Positions 13,801 through 26,503 are shown, counted from the first letter of the stretch. The stretch: DNA of 64,000 bases from Octopus vulgaris (GCA_951406725.2 OX597814.1:146320001-146384000), one strand, 5' to 3'. Numbers and translations are program-made. The notes: generated by a model from the letters alone, not told the origin.

Positions 13801-14291
13801 CCTGGCAGTGCTACCGAGAAGCATTACCTGTTCGGGATAAGCTCTACAGACACGGTTCCAGACACACTGGACCGATTTGCCCGAGATGCGGTCAGAGAGA
13901 CGAAACCGTTCTGCACGCACTCGTGCAATGTCCAACCATTTCCGACCTGTGGGCTTATGCCGAACGGCTGCTGTCACGTGTGGGACGAATCCGCCTATCG
14001 GCCGAGTCTATCCTGAGAATTGTCCGCCCCCTTCCCTCAACCGGGAAGGCAAGGCAGTTTTCATCGTACTGGTGGCCATGGTGAAAGAATGTGGTGGACT
14101 CGAGCGAAAGGATTAGAGACAAACACTTACCTCTCTGGCCAATCGCTCATCAAATTTTTCAAGTACCACTTGAAAAGGAAGGTGAGAATGGAGAGGAAGT
14201 TTTGTCTCGCGAAAGATTCAAAAAAAGATGGGTGAATGTTGCAAAGATGGTGCGTGCTAGTAACGAAACCATTTTGAGCATGATCCTGTAG
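10867..14291 (+). pseudogene. LINE ORF2: AP endonuclease, reverse transcriptase and C-terminal zinc finger, frameshifted
   Basis: APE motifs SINVRGL, ISET, VYAP, GDWN, SYLDRV, TDH, WKLN. RT motifs KSPGLDGLPYEFY, FRPITLLNAD, DQSKAFDRVDH, RQGCPL, YADD, GAKINREKS. C-terminal CPRCGQRDETVLHALVQC. Confidence 0.95.
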
Positions 14292-14592
14292 ATCGTAAAA
14301 AAGAAAGAAAGAGAGCATTTTCGATCTCATGTGGTTATTTCCTCCCTAACTGGGGTTCCCGTGGTCTTTTCTGTAGGCTTTTCTTCCCACGGATGAACCC
14401 AATCTTGTTATATCAATGTTTACATCATTATTTCTGTGATACACGATTTCCTTTTTTTTCCTTTTTTTTCCTCCTCTCGATCCCTTTTGATCGCAATCTT
14501 ACATTTTTTTTTTTTTCCACCCTCGAAAAGAAAAGCTCTGCATTTGTATTTGTCCCCTCTGTATTCAGCCCTGTGTGGCTAATAAAAGAATG

Positions 14593-14593
<1 letters not shown>

Positions 14594-14672
<79 letters not shown>

Positions 14673-14673
14673 A

Positions 14674-14721
<48 letters not shown>

Positions 14722-14722
14722 A

Positions 14723-14807
<85 letters not shown>
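14594..14807. repeat. (TATC)n microsatellite at the 3' flank or tail of the LINE
   Basis: Long TATC array starting 7 bp after the AATAAA. Confidence 0.95.
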
Positions 14808-14808
<1 letters not shown>

Positions 14809-15636
14809 GTATATATATATAAAGATATATATTCACACACACACAGACACACACATACACGCATAACTACGTTGCTTGTGTACAGTGAATAAGATATGTG
14901 TGCTTGATATATGTTGTAGAGGATATTTTCTCATCATTAGTTTCATTTTCAATAAACACCATGTGTGTGTATGTGTGTGCATGTGAACAGGTGTGTATAT
15001 GTGTGAATATGACTGAGTGTGTGCGTGTGTGTGCATACACGTATGTGTCATTAATTTAGAAGTGGTATATATGAGCAGCTTCAAATAGTAAAGTGATTCG
15101 GCATTGTTTCATATCGTACTCTGCCTTATCAAACTGTGTTTCAGATCCGCTACAACATGGATAGTACGTGAGGAAATGCAGCAAAATCCAAGAAAGAGAA
15201 AAATCAAAGAAATTGATATCATTTTATTCTCGAGTTACACATATTTCCTTATGGATTAGCCATGCTATTGAGGCCTGAACTATTGAACGAACGAGCACAG
15301 TACGCTCTAAAAGTGCATCCGATTTACTGCGTCATTCGACCCTGAAACTTGAAGTAACATATGTATGACACACGTATTCATTAAAACATATTTATCTCTC
15401 ACTGGATTGAATAATTTTACGCTGATCCTAACTAGCGAACTGCATGTATACATATGTGTATGTGAGTGTCTCTGTGTATGTCTCTGTATGTGCGTTTGTG
15501 CGTGGGTGTGTGCGTGTGTGTGTGAGTGTATGTGTGTTTGTGTGTGTGTGTGTAATAGGGAGTATTCATTTATACAATCTTTAATCTCATTTCCTAAAAT
15601 TGATTTCTAGATTTTCATCTACCACTTTTAGAAAGG

Positions 15637-15772
15637 TGTTATGTCGCACGTTCGGATGACCTCTACTCAACTCTACTCTCTACTGCTACTCTATTCTCCC
15701 CGTCTAGACTTCTCCCTCTATATCTATGTATTGGGCTAGTCGACTTCATCGTTTGGGGGCGTCGACACAACA
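15637..15772. mobile_element. Short solo LTR (136 bp)
   Basis: TGTT...AACA inverted termini flanked by a 5-bp direct repeat AAAGG (15632-15636 and 15773-15777). Confidence 0.7.
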
Positions 15773-18700
15773 AAAGGATATATATGTTTCATGGGATTGC
15801 AAGCTTGAAAAGTTTTCAGTTTTGCTCTTACAGACTCATTTTTTTCATGCCACAGCTAGTATTTGTGTAAATCGATTTATCCAGGTAATGAATCCTGAAC
15901 TAACTCTGCAACTTTGTATGGAGGTCGCATAAATACATCAGATTAATTTCTGTTTAAATTTTTATTGTATAATCAATCTTCCCGCATCACATCAATGCCT
16001 TTCAACAGTTGATTTCATTCAAATTATACAAAATGTATACAAAATAAATAGCTACAAAATGTAGCTATTCATTTCAAGACGATTAGACAGTTTCCCTTAT
16101 ATTCTCAAAATATACTAAACTTGCGTCATTTTCCAATTACGTTTCATGAAAATAGTGAGAGTATAGTCAGTCCCTATTAAAAGTCAATACTTTCTATGTG
16201 AAGTTTCTTGAATTAATTTTAATTTATTTCCGAAAAAAAAGGTATAAAATCCATAGTTCTTTATTTGTTCTTTATTTACTTTTTAGAAAATTAGCTTAAC
16301 GAATGTAATTTTAAAAGTACGAGTTGATTCCTTCTGTTTGCAGCACACGAGGCGTATCTTTGCATTTGCTTGTTTATACTTTCCTTTGGATGGAGAAATG
16401 TGTCACATATGTACAGCCTCCACATTTTTGTGCTCTGAAGCATATTAACGGCATCTTAGCTAGAATTCGAGCTGAGTAAACAGATGATATTTCGAAAGAA
16501 CATGCTAAAATCCACACTGAGAAACGTAACACATTTAAAATGTAAATACTTTTCATAATGTAAGCAATACTATGGAGATAGAAAATGTTCTGCACAAACA
16601 CAATGCCTTTCGGTATAAGGGAGTTTGCCTCATTTTCCTGGTCTTAGCTTTTCACGCCGCATCAAGTTATGTTGATTCAATCTCTTGATAATTCTACGTT
16701 ACTTTTTGCAATTCCTGAAAATGGTCAGCATAACTTTTCCCGGCTGCTGATGCTATGTATTTATCCAAACGGACGGTTGCAGATTATTGAATTGCATACA
16801 CTGTCATATAATATTCGAGTTGCAGTTATACATGCATCTTTTGTCAACAGTAAGCATATTTTTCGAGCTGTCATACTTGTTATTGTAGAGATCAAAAAAT
16901 CGCATCACATTTCAATAAATTTTTCAATGGAATTTAGATAAAGGCAACTGTGATCTGAATGATTTCATACGCAATTCTATGCATAATCTGTATTTTATTT
17001 GCCACCTCACGAATAGGTATCAATATATATATAAGGGTGCTCAAAAGAATCATGCAATGCATACATTCATTGTTGTCAGCATCTGAATGCATAAGCAATT
17101 GAGCTACTCCTTTATGATGAGACATCAGTTTCAAATATGCTTCCGCCCGTTGTTAAACATTCTGCTGCATGAAAACTGCATCGCGTTGCTGTGCAAAATC
17201 GCTTGTTTTATTCTGGCTCCAGATACACATTTATTGCATGGGGCAAATCTCTGAACATTGTAGAGTGATCATGGCTATGAAAATAGGCATGAAAAAAGCT
17301 ATGAAAATATCGAAATCTTCAATGGCGTTTTACTTTCTAACAGTTGTTGCAATGATTTGAGACAGATGAAGGGTTGTGATGCACGTACAACTAAATTCTC
17401 AGCCCTTAGGATCAATATTACCACTACACTGCGAGTAATTAATGATTAACCCTTGTTATATGTTGTGTTTAGATTTGAAAACGATTCTTGCATTCAGTGT
17501 AATAAAGTCATGACATAGTAAAGGGGTTAAAGAGATTATATTCATGCTATTAGTAATAATAGTAGGAATACTTCAATAATGCTGTTACTGATTATTACGG
17601 AGAAGAATTAGAATATTAACAACATAAACATGAACGCTAATGCTGATTTTATACATGATACGAGTAATCATATTTGTATCCTATGAATGGTCATTACTCG
17701 CAATTCTAGAGGAATTGCCTTTAACAAAACGCTACAGATATGTATATTGGGTTATCCTTTGATTTCAAGAGACGTTATTTAGTTAATGCTGGGGAATTTT
17801 CTAATATGACCCGCAAATCTTCAATTTCGTTTGCTAATTATATCCATTATTTCAAGGTTAACAACTGTTTTATTTTAAGAGCAGAATATTTTATAAGTTA
17901 CACTTACTGCATGGAATATGTATTGCAGGGAATCCATAGAAATATTTATTTTGAGACAACAGAAATCTCTTAATCAAACTACGTGACGCTAATACATTCT
18001 GTAGGCATAATTTTGATAAAACGTTTACTTTTTACAATGAATTAATACGCCCCAATCATCTTACATGAATTCTATCTTGTATTTCAAGTTAAGTCATATA
18101 TTTTTCTTCATACGTTACAAATATAACCTGGGCCAATTAAAAATATGACACGTGTATTCTTATGATAACGTTTCTAAAATTCTCTTTATATTTGTATAAC
18201 ATATTTATATATTAATCTTTTTTATAGCCCCTGCTGATATACTTTTCCCAGTTTAGGTTCAGGTTTTAAGATTCTTTCTATATTCTTATTTACTTATTTT
18301 TCTGTCGCTTTCATTTCTTTACATTATTATCACGGTTCCTGTCTTGTCTAGTCTACACGCTTGGTTGATTATACTTTATTAAGGCCGTCAAAAGGTCATC
18401 GGACACTCGCTTAGCAGGAGATACCAATCTGAGACTACCTTTCTTTTTCTTTCGTTTTTTTTCTATCCCTTTTCTTTATTCCATTCTTTATTTTAATTAA
18501 TTATCTTCCATCTTATTTCTGTACTATATCTTCCTTATACTTAGATTTATCTTTTGTTGTGATGCCTTGCTATATTTTGTCTCTATTTCCGGTCACTTTG
18601 TTTATTCGAAGTGATAAATTTGAAAGATTCACACAGTTACTGAGAAATTGGGAAAAAAAGAAAAAGAATAAAATATGTGGGGGAGGGGTAAAGCAGCGGA

Positions 18701-20149
18701 GATGAAGTGGAGGGAGTGATGACGCTCATCTCCCAGAACAAGCGGGCTGTTCTGCCGCAGCCTGCCGTAATTGTGTCGATAGCACTGCCATGGAAAATGG
18801 TCAGCTTTACATGCTACAAATGCCGCTGCACCTCGGGGGGCTCATTTCTCTGACAGGTCATTCTTATCCCCTATTTTCTGACGGAAATCGGTAGTAAGGC
18901 GTTCTAGAAAACCTGGCGTCTCAACGACGACCGTCTCCCCGCCTATTTTTTCTACTGACATGTTTTATATCTATCTCTCACTTATTCTCCTACACTCATC
19001 ATTACTTGCATCTCCTCATTCTCGATCTCATGTAGTCTGATAATAGTATATGTTAAGATAATTAATTTATTTTGTAACTAATCTATTTATTTGTTGATGC
19101 ACTCCGACTTAATGGACAAACTATTTGACATCTATTGTTCAGTGACTTTGTTAATGTCTTTATGGATCATTTCGGTTTGGCTGCCAACATCAATTTCTGT
19201 TCGAATTGATTTCATATTCAGTGTAACGATAGACTTTTATAGGCTAATGAATGACATGGAAATCCTATTCGCTATAAAGCAATCAATAAAGAGTTATTGG
19301 CAACTAAAGTTTGAAACTTTTGGGTAATTTTAGCCAATCGTCAACCACAGACACATTCATGCCTGTTTCCATCGTAACAAGTGGATCATGAAAGCACGTA
19401 TTGACATGAAAGCACGTGTCGACAAATACCACTTGTTATATCTATCTGTTGACATCTGAGCTTGTGAATTATGTGACGCAGAATATGTGAAAATTGTGAT
19501 TTGTTCGAGAAATTAATTGAATGCATTTCCTACTTTCGTTTTGAATGGACTGGTCGACATTTTTTTTAAATATTAAATTTGCAATATGCTATTTTGTTTT
19601 TAGATAAATCTGCTAAGTCTGTGCTATCGCATTGAATGCATATTGAATCCTTGACATTCAATCATTTTGAGTTTTAGAGTTGTCATTGACTTGTGAAGAT
19701 TCGTTCTTCGTTAGTTTCCGTGTGAATGACAGCACATCCTGTCAACTATAAACACGTGAAATACTATGCCTAATTCAGCCTTTTCGACGCACATACATAC
19801 ATATTCATACTTCTTTTCTGTACGTATGCGTGTGGAGTGTAGATAACAAAAATAATGTCGCATTTTAAACTTGAGAAAAGCCTTGCATATTTATAATGTG
19901 CAAGTTATGTTGTCTTTATGCATGTGTGTATGCATTTTTGTTCATGTATTTATACGCGGTAAGCGTTCGTTCTTACCTGCTTCATTTTGTGTATGCAAAT
20001 GTCCAACAAGAAAACGAAATCGACGTCGAAAAAACCCTATTAGTGATAATATTTAATGTGTTTACAGTTGACAACAACTCGCTGTCACGCACACGGAAAC
20101 AAACAAACGAATCTTGACAAGTCTGAGACTCAAAACGATTAAATGTCGA

Positions 20150-20392
20150 ATGCTTTAAACTACAAAAGATGTGTTGTTTATTCTTTCTGTTTTGTTTTTT
20201 TTGTCATTGAGATGAAGATGAGGTGTGCTAAATCTAATGGCTAAATAACGTTTTCGGATAAATCTTTTAATTTCGTGTTATCGCTTTAAATGCACATTGG
20301 ATGCTTAAAACTACAAAAGACGTGTTGTTTAATCTTTTTCTTTTTTTGTCATTGAGGTAGTTGTGAGGTGTGCTAAAACTAACAACTAAATA
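20150..20392. repeat. Local diverged direct duplication (about 95-bp block, about 150-bp spacing)
   Basis: ATGCTT.AAACTACAAAAGA.GTGTTGTTT...TGTCATTGAG...TGAGGTGTGCTAAA.CTAA..CTAAATA at about 20150-20247 and about 20301-20392. Confidence 0.85.
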
Positions 20393-21129
20393 GGCGTTAA
20401 ATCTTTCAGAACCATATTTTTTGCCGTAATCATGAAGTTCCTACAGACTAGATTTAGTAGGCATCGACTTAGCATTTCGCTAAATCTTCCATGAATTTTT
20501 GTGGTAAACACTTATATGCTGGCTGGGGGAATTAGCCGATCATGTGCCTTTAGAACAGTCCTCAGTAGTCATAGAAGAAAATATATCTACTCTGGGTATC
20601 CTCGACGCGGTCGTGTGGTCGTTGCCTCCCCTGTCAGCATGTGTGTACATTCGGTGCTCCTACAGCATTATGGAAGTTTAACTTATTACTAGCAATCCAT
20701 ATTAATGTATATATATAAACATATGCATTCATGCACACACACACACTCACACATAACCACACACACACATACACACACAGAGGTATAAATACATAATGTC
20801 TATTCTGTATTCAACATTCACTGAGTGAAGGTGCTGCCCACCTACACGAGGAAACGAAAGCATATATCAGACTACGATAAATTTAAAAATACTATTCTTT
20901 GTGTAATTTATCAATTCATTTCATTTACATCAAAATTGAAGAATAATACAATTCACAGCTACTTAAAAAAAAATTGATTAATATGGTTTTAGAAGGAACG
21001 TAATTTTACGAAGAATTTCGAACGTAAAACGTGTAGCATCGGGGAAGAAAAAATGCAAGCGTAAAGGAAACAGGAACACATGCAAATTCTTAATATAAGC
21101 ATGCCAATATATATATATATTGGCATGCG

Positions 21130-21930
21130 TGGTGTTCAGTTACTCAATAAATGAAAAATGCCATAATTTCTAAAAAATGTACACAGGACACACTCAGAAC
21201 TGAATATTAACATTTCGATTGAATTAGGGTCCTTCTGTGTTTGTTCTATGTGTACATATTTTAGTGATTAATGCATTTTTTCAGTTATTGAACAACTGAA
21301 CATCACACATACCGACTTTTGTTAACAGTAAGTTTTTATATTTAATTTGCGACCCTTCATCTTTCTTTCTCTCTCGTCCTTACAATCATTTTCTTACATC
21401 CCATATTCATCTCTTTCTCTCTTTCGCCCTATCACTCGTAATTGTACACTTTTTCCCTTCCTTCCTTTCATGTTCTCTCTGCCACGCTCTCTCTTCATCC
21501 TCCTTCGCTTCTATCTATGGCCCACACGTGACCCGTTTTTAATTTTCCTTTCTCTGCCTTTCGCTACCGGACGGTTAGCTTCCCTGTCAATAACTTTCTC
21601 CTGTCTTGCTATTTCTCTTTCTATGTCTATTCAGGATTTCTTCCAGGTGTTACCCATTACCCTCGTCAGTTTGGACTAAAGGCCGTATTTATTCCGTCTT
21701 CTTCAATCGTTTTAATTTATATATATTTACTTTCGTACGCCAACTCTATCGTTTTGTTTGCTCGAGCCCTAACGATCTGCAAATTTTGCGAGTGCCACTG
21801 ATATGCGAAGTTTCCATTCTTATCATTAAAAGCATGAAAATGTATTAACATTTCGGTTGATAACTGAAGATTTTGGGTCCCTGTGTGTCTATCATATGTG
21901 TACATTTTTTAGTAATTAATTCATTTTTCA
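21130..21930 (-). mobile_element. Old Penelope-like remnant: inverted end, direct repeat, possible GIY-YIG C-terminus and decayed hammerhead
   Basis: Imperfect inverted repeat (about 21130-21190 vs about 21235-21305); direct repeat (about 21203-21282 vs about 21843-21930); minus-strand peptide LQIVRARANKTIELAYESKYI; CTGACGA box at 21663-21669 (-). Confidence 0.45.
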
Positions 21931-21982
21931 TGTATCTATCTATATATCTATATCTATATATATTCCTATATTTATATATCTC

Positions 21983-22015
<33 letters not shown>

Positions 22016-22018
<3 letters not shown>

Positions 22019-22165
22019 GTAAGAAGCCTGCTTCTCAATCACATGGTTCCGAGCCCAGTCCCAATGCGGGGCATTTTGGACAAGTGTGTTCGACTATTGC
22101 TCCGATCCAACTAAAATCTATTGAGTGGAATTGGTAGGCGGAATCTGAAAGAAGCTCGACGAATA
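22016..22165 (+). mobile_element. SINE family A, 5' part (diverged)
   Basis: TGTGGTAAGAAGCCTGCTT...CACATGGTTCCGAGCCCAGTCCCA...GGACAAGTGT...CTGAAAGAAGC. Confidence 0.75.
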
Positions 22166-22174
22166 CATACACAC

Positions 22175-22226
<52 letters not shown>

Positions 22227-22230
<4 letters not shown>

Positions 22231-22954
22231 TGTTATATTTCGGAATGGTCATGTTGCCAGTTTAGCCAATAAAAACACACGCACTATATATTTGGTGTTA
22301 TTTTTCTTCAGTGATATTTATTTTTTACATTAATCTTAATCTTATTTCGGCCAAAGTTCTTTCGTCACACTCCTGTGACCGCATCAGTGGTCCTTTGTTT
22401 TCTTCTCACTTACTTGTGTCTCTCCTTACTAACCGTCAGCCATTTTATATTTCTATTGTATGTCTTCATTTGCGCATGTTTATATCTCTATGTGCGTCTA
22501 TGTTTATTTAGTGTGTGTGTGGGGGGGATGCCTGTAATATTTGTGTCTTCTGGTTATATACATTCTTGTAATTTGTATTTTGTTTTTGTTGATTTTGGGT
22601 CCCTGTGTGTCTATCATAAATAAACATAGACGCACATAGAGATATAAACATGCGCAAATGAAGACATACAATAGAAATATAAAATGGCTGACGGTTAGTA
22701 AGGAGAGACACAAGTAAGTGAGAAGAAAACAAAGGACCACTGATGCGGTCACAGGAGTGTGACGAAAGAACTTTGGCCGAAATAAGATTAAGATTAATGT
22801 AAAAAATAAATATCACTGAAGAAAAATAACACCAAATATATAGTGCGTGTGTTTTTATTGGCTAAACTGGCAATATGACCATTCCGAAATATAACAATAT
22901 CTGTTTCAACACACGACTTCACATAAAAAATCTTGCACAACAAATATTTAAACG

Positions 22955-22955
<1 letters not shown>
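22227..22955. mobile_element. Young Penelope-like inverted-repeat element: 284-bp arms, 106-bp spacer, about 55-bp one-sided tail, inserted in (AT)n
   Basis: 22227-22510 is the reverse complement of 22617-22900 with one visible mismatch; each arm carries a hammerhead-like motif; (AT)n on both flanks. Confidence 0.8.
22734..22778 (+). ncRNA. Hammerhead-like motif, A9>C variant (mirror copy at 22349-22393 on the minus strand)
   Basis: GGACCA-CUGAUGC-G-GUCACA-GGAG-UGUGAC-GAAAG-AA-CUU-UGGCC: stem I CCA/UGG, 6-bp stem II, minimal stem III. Confidence 0.55.
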
Positions 22956-23020
<65 letters not shown>

Positions 23021-23028
23021 GGATAGAC

Positions 23029-23126
<98 letters not shown>

Positions 23127-24848
23127 ATCAATCGATAGATAGCTATAATTTTATGAACCATGCAACCTAAGGCATTATCTCTAGCCTAAAATTTAAAAGC
23201 GTTATTGAAAAATTTACGATCTGAATGAGCCAAGTAATACATTTAAGTTGCTCAAAATATATTGTAGCCCTGAATGCAGATTAATGAACCATGATAGATG
23301 CAGGATGAGTATATTTAGCAAAAAGCCAGCATATTTAATCACATATCTGATTTAACAAACAACGATTGCGTCATCCTTTCTGGAAACAAAAATTGCGGCT
23401 TTTACAGTTTTAAAGACTAATACCGCTCCCAAATAATTGATCAATTTGTGATTACAAATGAGGAAATTACGCAAATGACCACAGGACTAAAAAAGGAATC
23501 AGGTAATTATGACCCTAAATTTTCAACCGCTCGGTCATAGGCCTTCCATTATATTATGCAACGGAATTTACAGTCTATCATTCTAATTCAAAGTTTATAG
23601 CGCCATAATTTATTTGCTAAGGGAAGGAATTGAAGCCGGCACATATAATTGTTCTATAAACTAAAATTATATAAAACAAAATGGTTAGAAAAAAGTGCAA
23701 AAACAAGTTACCATAGTTTAAGCAATGTTTATCAAACTGAAACTAAGTCATGGCTATATAAGCTATTAACTCCATTCACAGACAGTTTTCTCGATTTTTT
23801 TCTTTATAATTTTCTTCAACATAATTCATCCAATCATTTAGTGTATACATACATAAACATATACATACTCACATACAAACCTGCATACACACACAGATAC
23901 ACACGCACACACACATATTGCTTAAAGGAAGAATTAGCCCTATATATTTAAACTTGGCCATTATTATTCTAATTACTTCTCTTTAGAGTGAGCGGAAATA
24001 ATGTACGCATATTTAATGTGAAGAGTGCATTTTTCACTTTCAAAAATCCTTCAATTTCCTCATCATGATAGATGATACATTCATTCGAAGTCTGGAGTTA
24101 ATTTCATTAAAGTCATTTCATGTAAAGCCTACATAATGTTGTGCTGCTCTTTTTAATCAGTGAAATTTCCAACAAATTTCCCAACTTATATGCATGATTA
24201 ATGACTTGGAAATTAAAGCATATTGAAATATTTGCATTCATGAGTAAAATTGGTAGGGATTCTTTTCATTTCCATAGGTATACGAGTCTTCATTGGGGAT
24301 TATTCAAATATTTCATATGACTATATGAATTAATTAGAAGATATTTGTAAAAATGAACGCATCGATGCATTTTCTTTGGCTTGTACTCAGGAAAATTGTC
24401 GGAGATGCTCAAATTGAAAATACCAACCTAATTGCACATTTATGTTATATATAATGACTAAAGCAGTGATAACGAAAACAAAACATACAAAAATGGAATT
24501 AGAAATTATCGAATTAAGCGAAAGTGCATATAGTTTCGATCTATAACTTGCCTTATACGGTAAAATATCTATAGTTGTGTCCACACTCTTCATGCATGCT
24601 GAACATTACGAAAGTGATATGTCGGGATACATACTAAAATAAAATTAAAATCTCGATGAAAGCATTATCGGAACTGCCACAAGAAAATCCAACTATAGAA
24701 TGGATGTCAATATAGTAACCATAATGTTTAAAGTATGGCTATAATCTGAAAAAAAAAAAGGATAATACATCATATATAAGTAAATGCTTAGTGTTTAATG
24801 TTCTAGTAAATATTACAGTGTGAAATTTTTTGTACTAAGGAATAATGA

Positions 24849-25244
24849 TCTCTCTATATATAAAGCTGAAGTTGTCTGTGTATGGCAGCTTTGGTAGCCT
24901 TCAACAAACACTATCTCCTCCGTTCGCTTCCCAGACGCGGCGCAAGTTGACCAAAATTGAGGGTATGATAGAAAAAGGCTTGCTCTTCCTTCCGTAGACG
25001 AAAAATTCAAATCGGACCATGTTAACACCAAAAAGATTTTTACATCAAAAAAGTACTTTTTTCTATGAAAATCCCTATTTTTTACGATTTATTGACTGCT
25101 GTGTCGCCATTTTTCCGTGTATGTCCACCAGAAAATTATTCCCTTAAAGAGAATTACAAGCTACATAATGCACAATTTTTACTTTTCAAAAATTCTAATT
25201 CTAAAGGGTCGAAAAGAGAACAAACACGAGCAACGCCGGACTAT
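24849..25244 (+). mobile_element. Non-autonomous Helitron-like element
   Basis: Begins A|TCTCTCTATATATAAAGCTG..TGTCTGTGT and ends with a decayed subterminal hairpin CACGAGCAACGCCGG followed by CTA. Confidence 0.55.
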
Positions 25245-26110
25245 AAATATAATCATTTTAAATATAATGATGGCACATAATTATAACATAGTTAAAAAGA
25301 CACCAACTATTAGTTATCGACCGTGTAATTATTAGACACAATTTCTCGGTGTGTTTAATATCTGAAAATAACTTTCTACTTATTCTGCTTCCCAACTTAT
25401 AAATTACTCGATAAATTTTGAGTTATCTCTCACTTTCATGGTAGATTTTTAAATACACGTAGACGAAATTATTTTCAGCATATATGTAAATTTTATGGCA
25501 TCTTCTTCATAAATTACCATGTTACATTCTACTATATTTGTGTTGACCATGCGTAACTCAATCTCAATGTTAAGTGATTTTCCTTCATCCCTATACTAGA
25601 TACTCATTTATCCCTATATTTCTTTCTCATTATCATGTGCAGTACGATATTTAGCTGTTTATTGCTTTTACTAGTTAATGTGAGGATATGTTCTAATCTC
25701 ATGGTAACATTGAATATTTCACGACATTTGGATTAACATATTTTACATACATCGTGTTTTCATTTAGCTTGGATTCAATACACATCCGCATCTGATATCT
25801 CAGTGAATTACAACGATTACCTGACTTTCATACGTCGTTGAGGTTTTAAATGCTTCTGTTCAGTATGTAGAATACTGCGTAGATTAATTTCGCACTAAGC
25901 CTACTATTGGAATGTGTTCCACATATATACACTACGAAGTTTAGCACAAAAAAGATAGGCCTACGTTTATTGCATTCGTACAACTACTCGTACACCCACT
26001 AACTTCCACGCGAATACTCGTGATATAGATATCCGTTTCACGAGAAAATCGATCGAAATAATCTGAAATACACACACACACATATATATATGTGCGTGTG
26101 TGTGTGTGTG

Positions 26111-26151
<41 letters not shown>

Positions 26152-26447
26152 TTAATTAGAGGATATGTTAGTTCATGAACGGATGGTTTATATTCATTTC
26201 AAAGAAGAAAAGAAAATGGAGATTAGGAAGTTAATAATTATTTATTATCAACAACAAATTAGCCATCTTCTCTTCTTACAACTCTTTCAATTGATATACA
26301 ATTATTTAATTACAAATTTGTACATTAAATTTACATTTATGCGACATGAGTATAATTTCATCAGAGGTAAAAACACGTACTTTTGAATGTTATATGTGGG
26401 CTTATCAATTCATCAATTCTTTTTAGTAGATTGATATAAACTATCTG

Positions 26448-26503
<56 letters not shown>

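Larger units (their letters stand above)
8427..14593 (+). mobile_element. Near full-length non-LTR retrotransposon, Tx1/L1 clade
   Basis: About 200-bp 5' UTR, ORF1 with zinc knuckle, ORF2 with APE-RT-zinc finger, T-rich 3' UTR, AATAAA at 14581; (TATC)n on both sides. Confidence 0.93.

Noticed and set aside
8646-14330. Long minus-strand ORFs over the LINE
   Set aside because: Antisense shadows of low-complexity ORF1 and GC-rich ORF2; no independent motifs.
19387-19423. Short direct repeats (CATGAAAGCACGT twice; also 40632 and 54060) as CRISPR-like
   Set aside because: Only two tandem units with no spacers, in eukaryotic DNA; simple slippage duplications.
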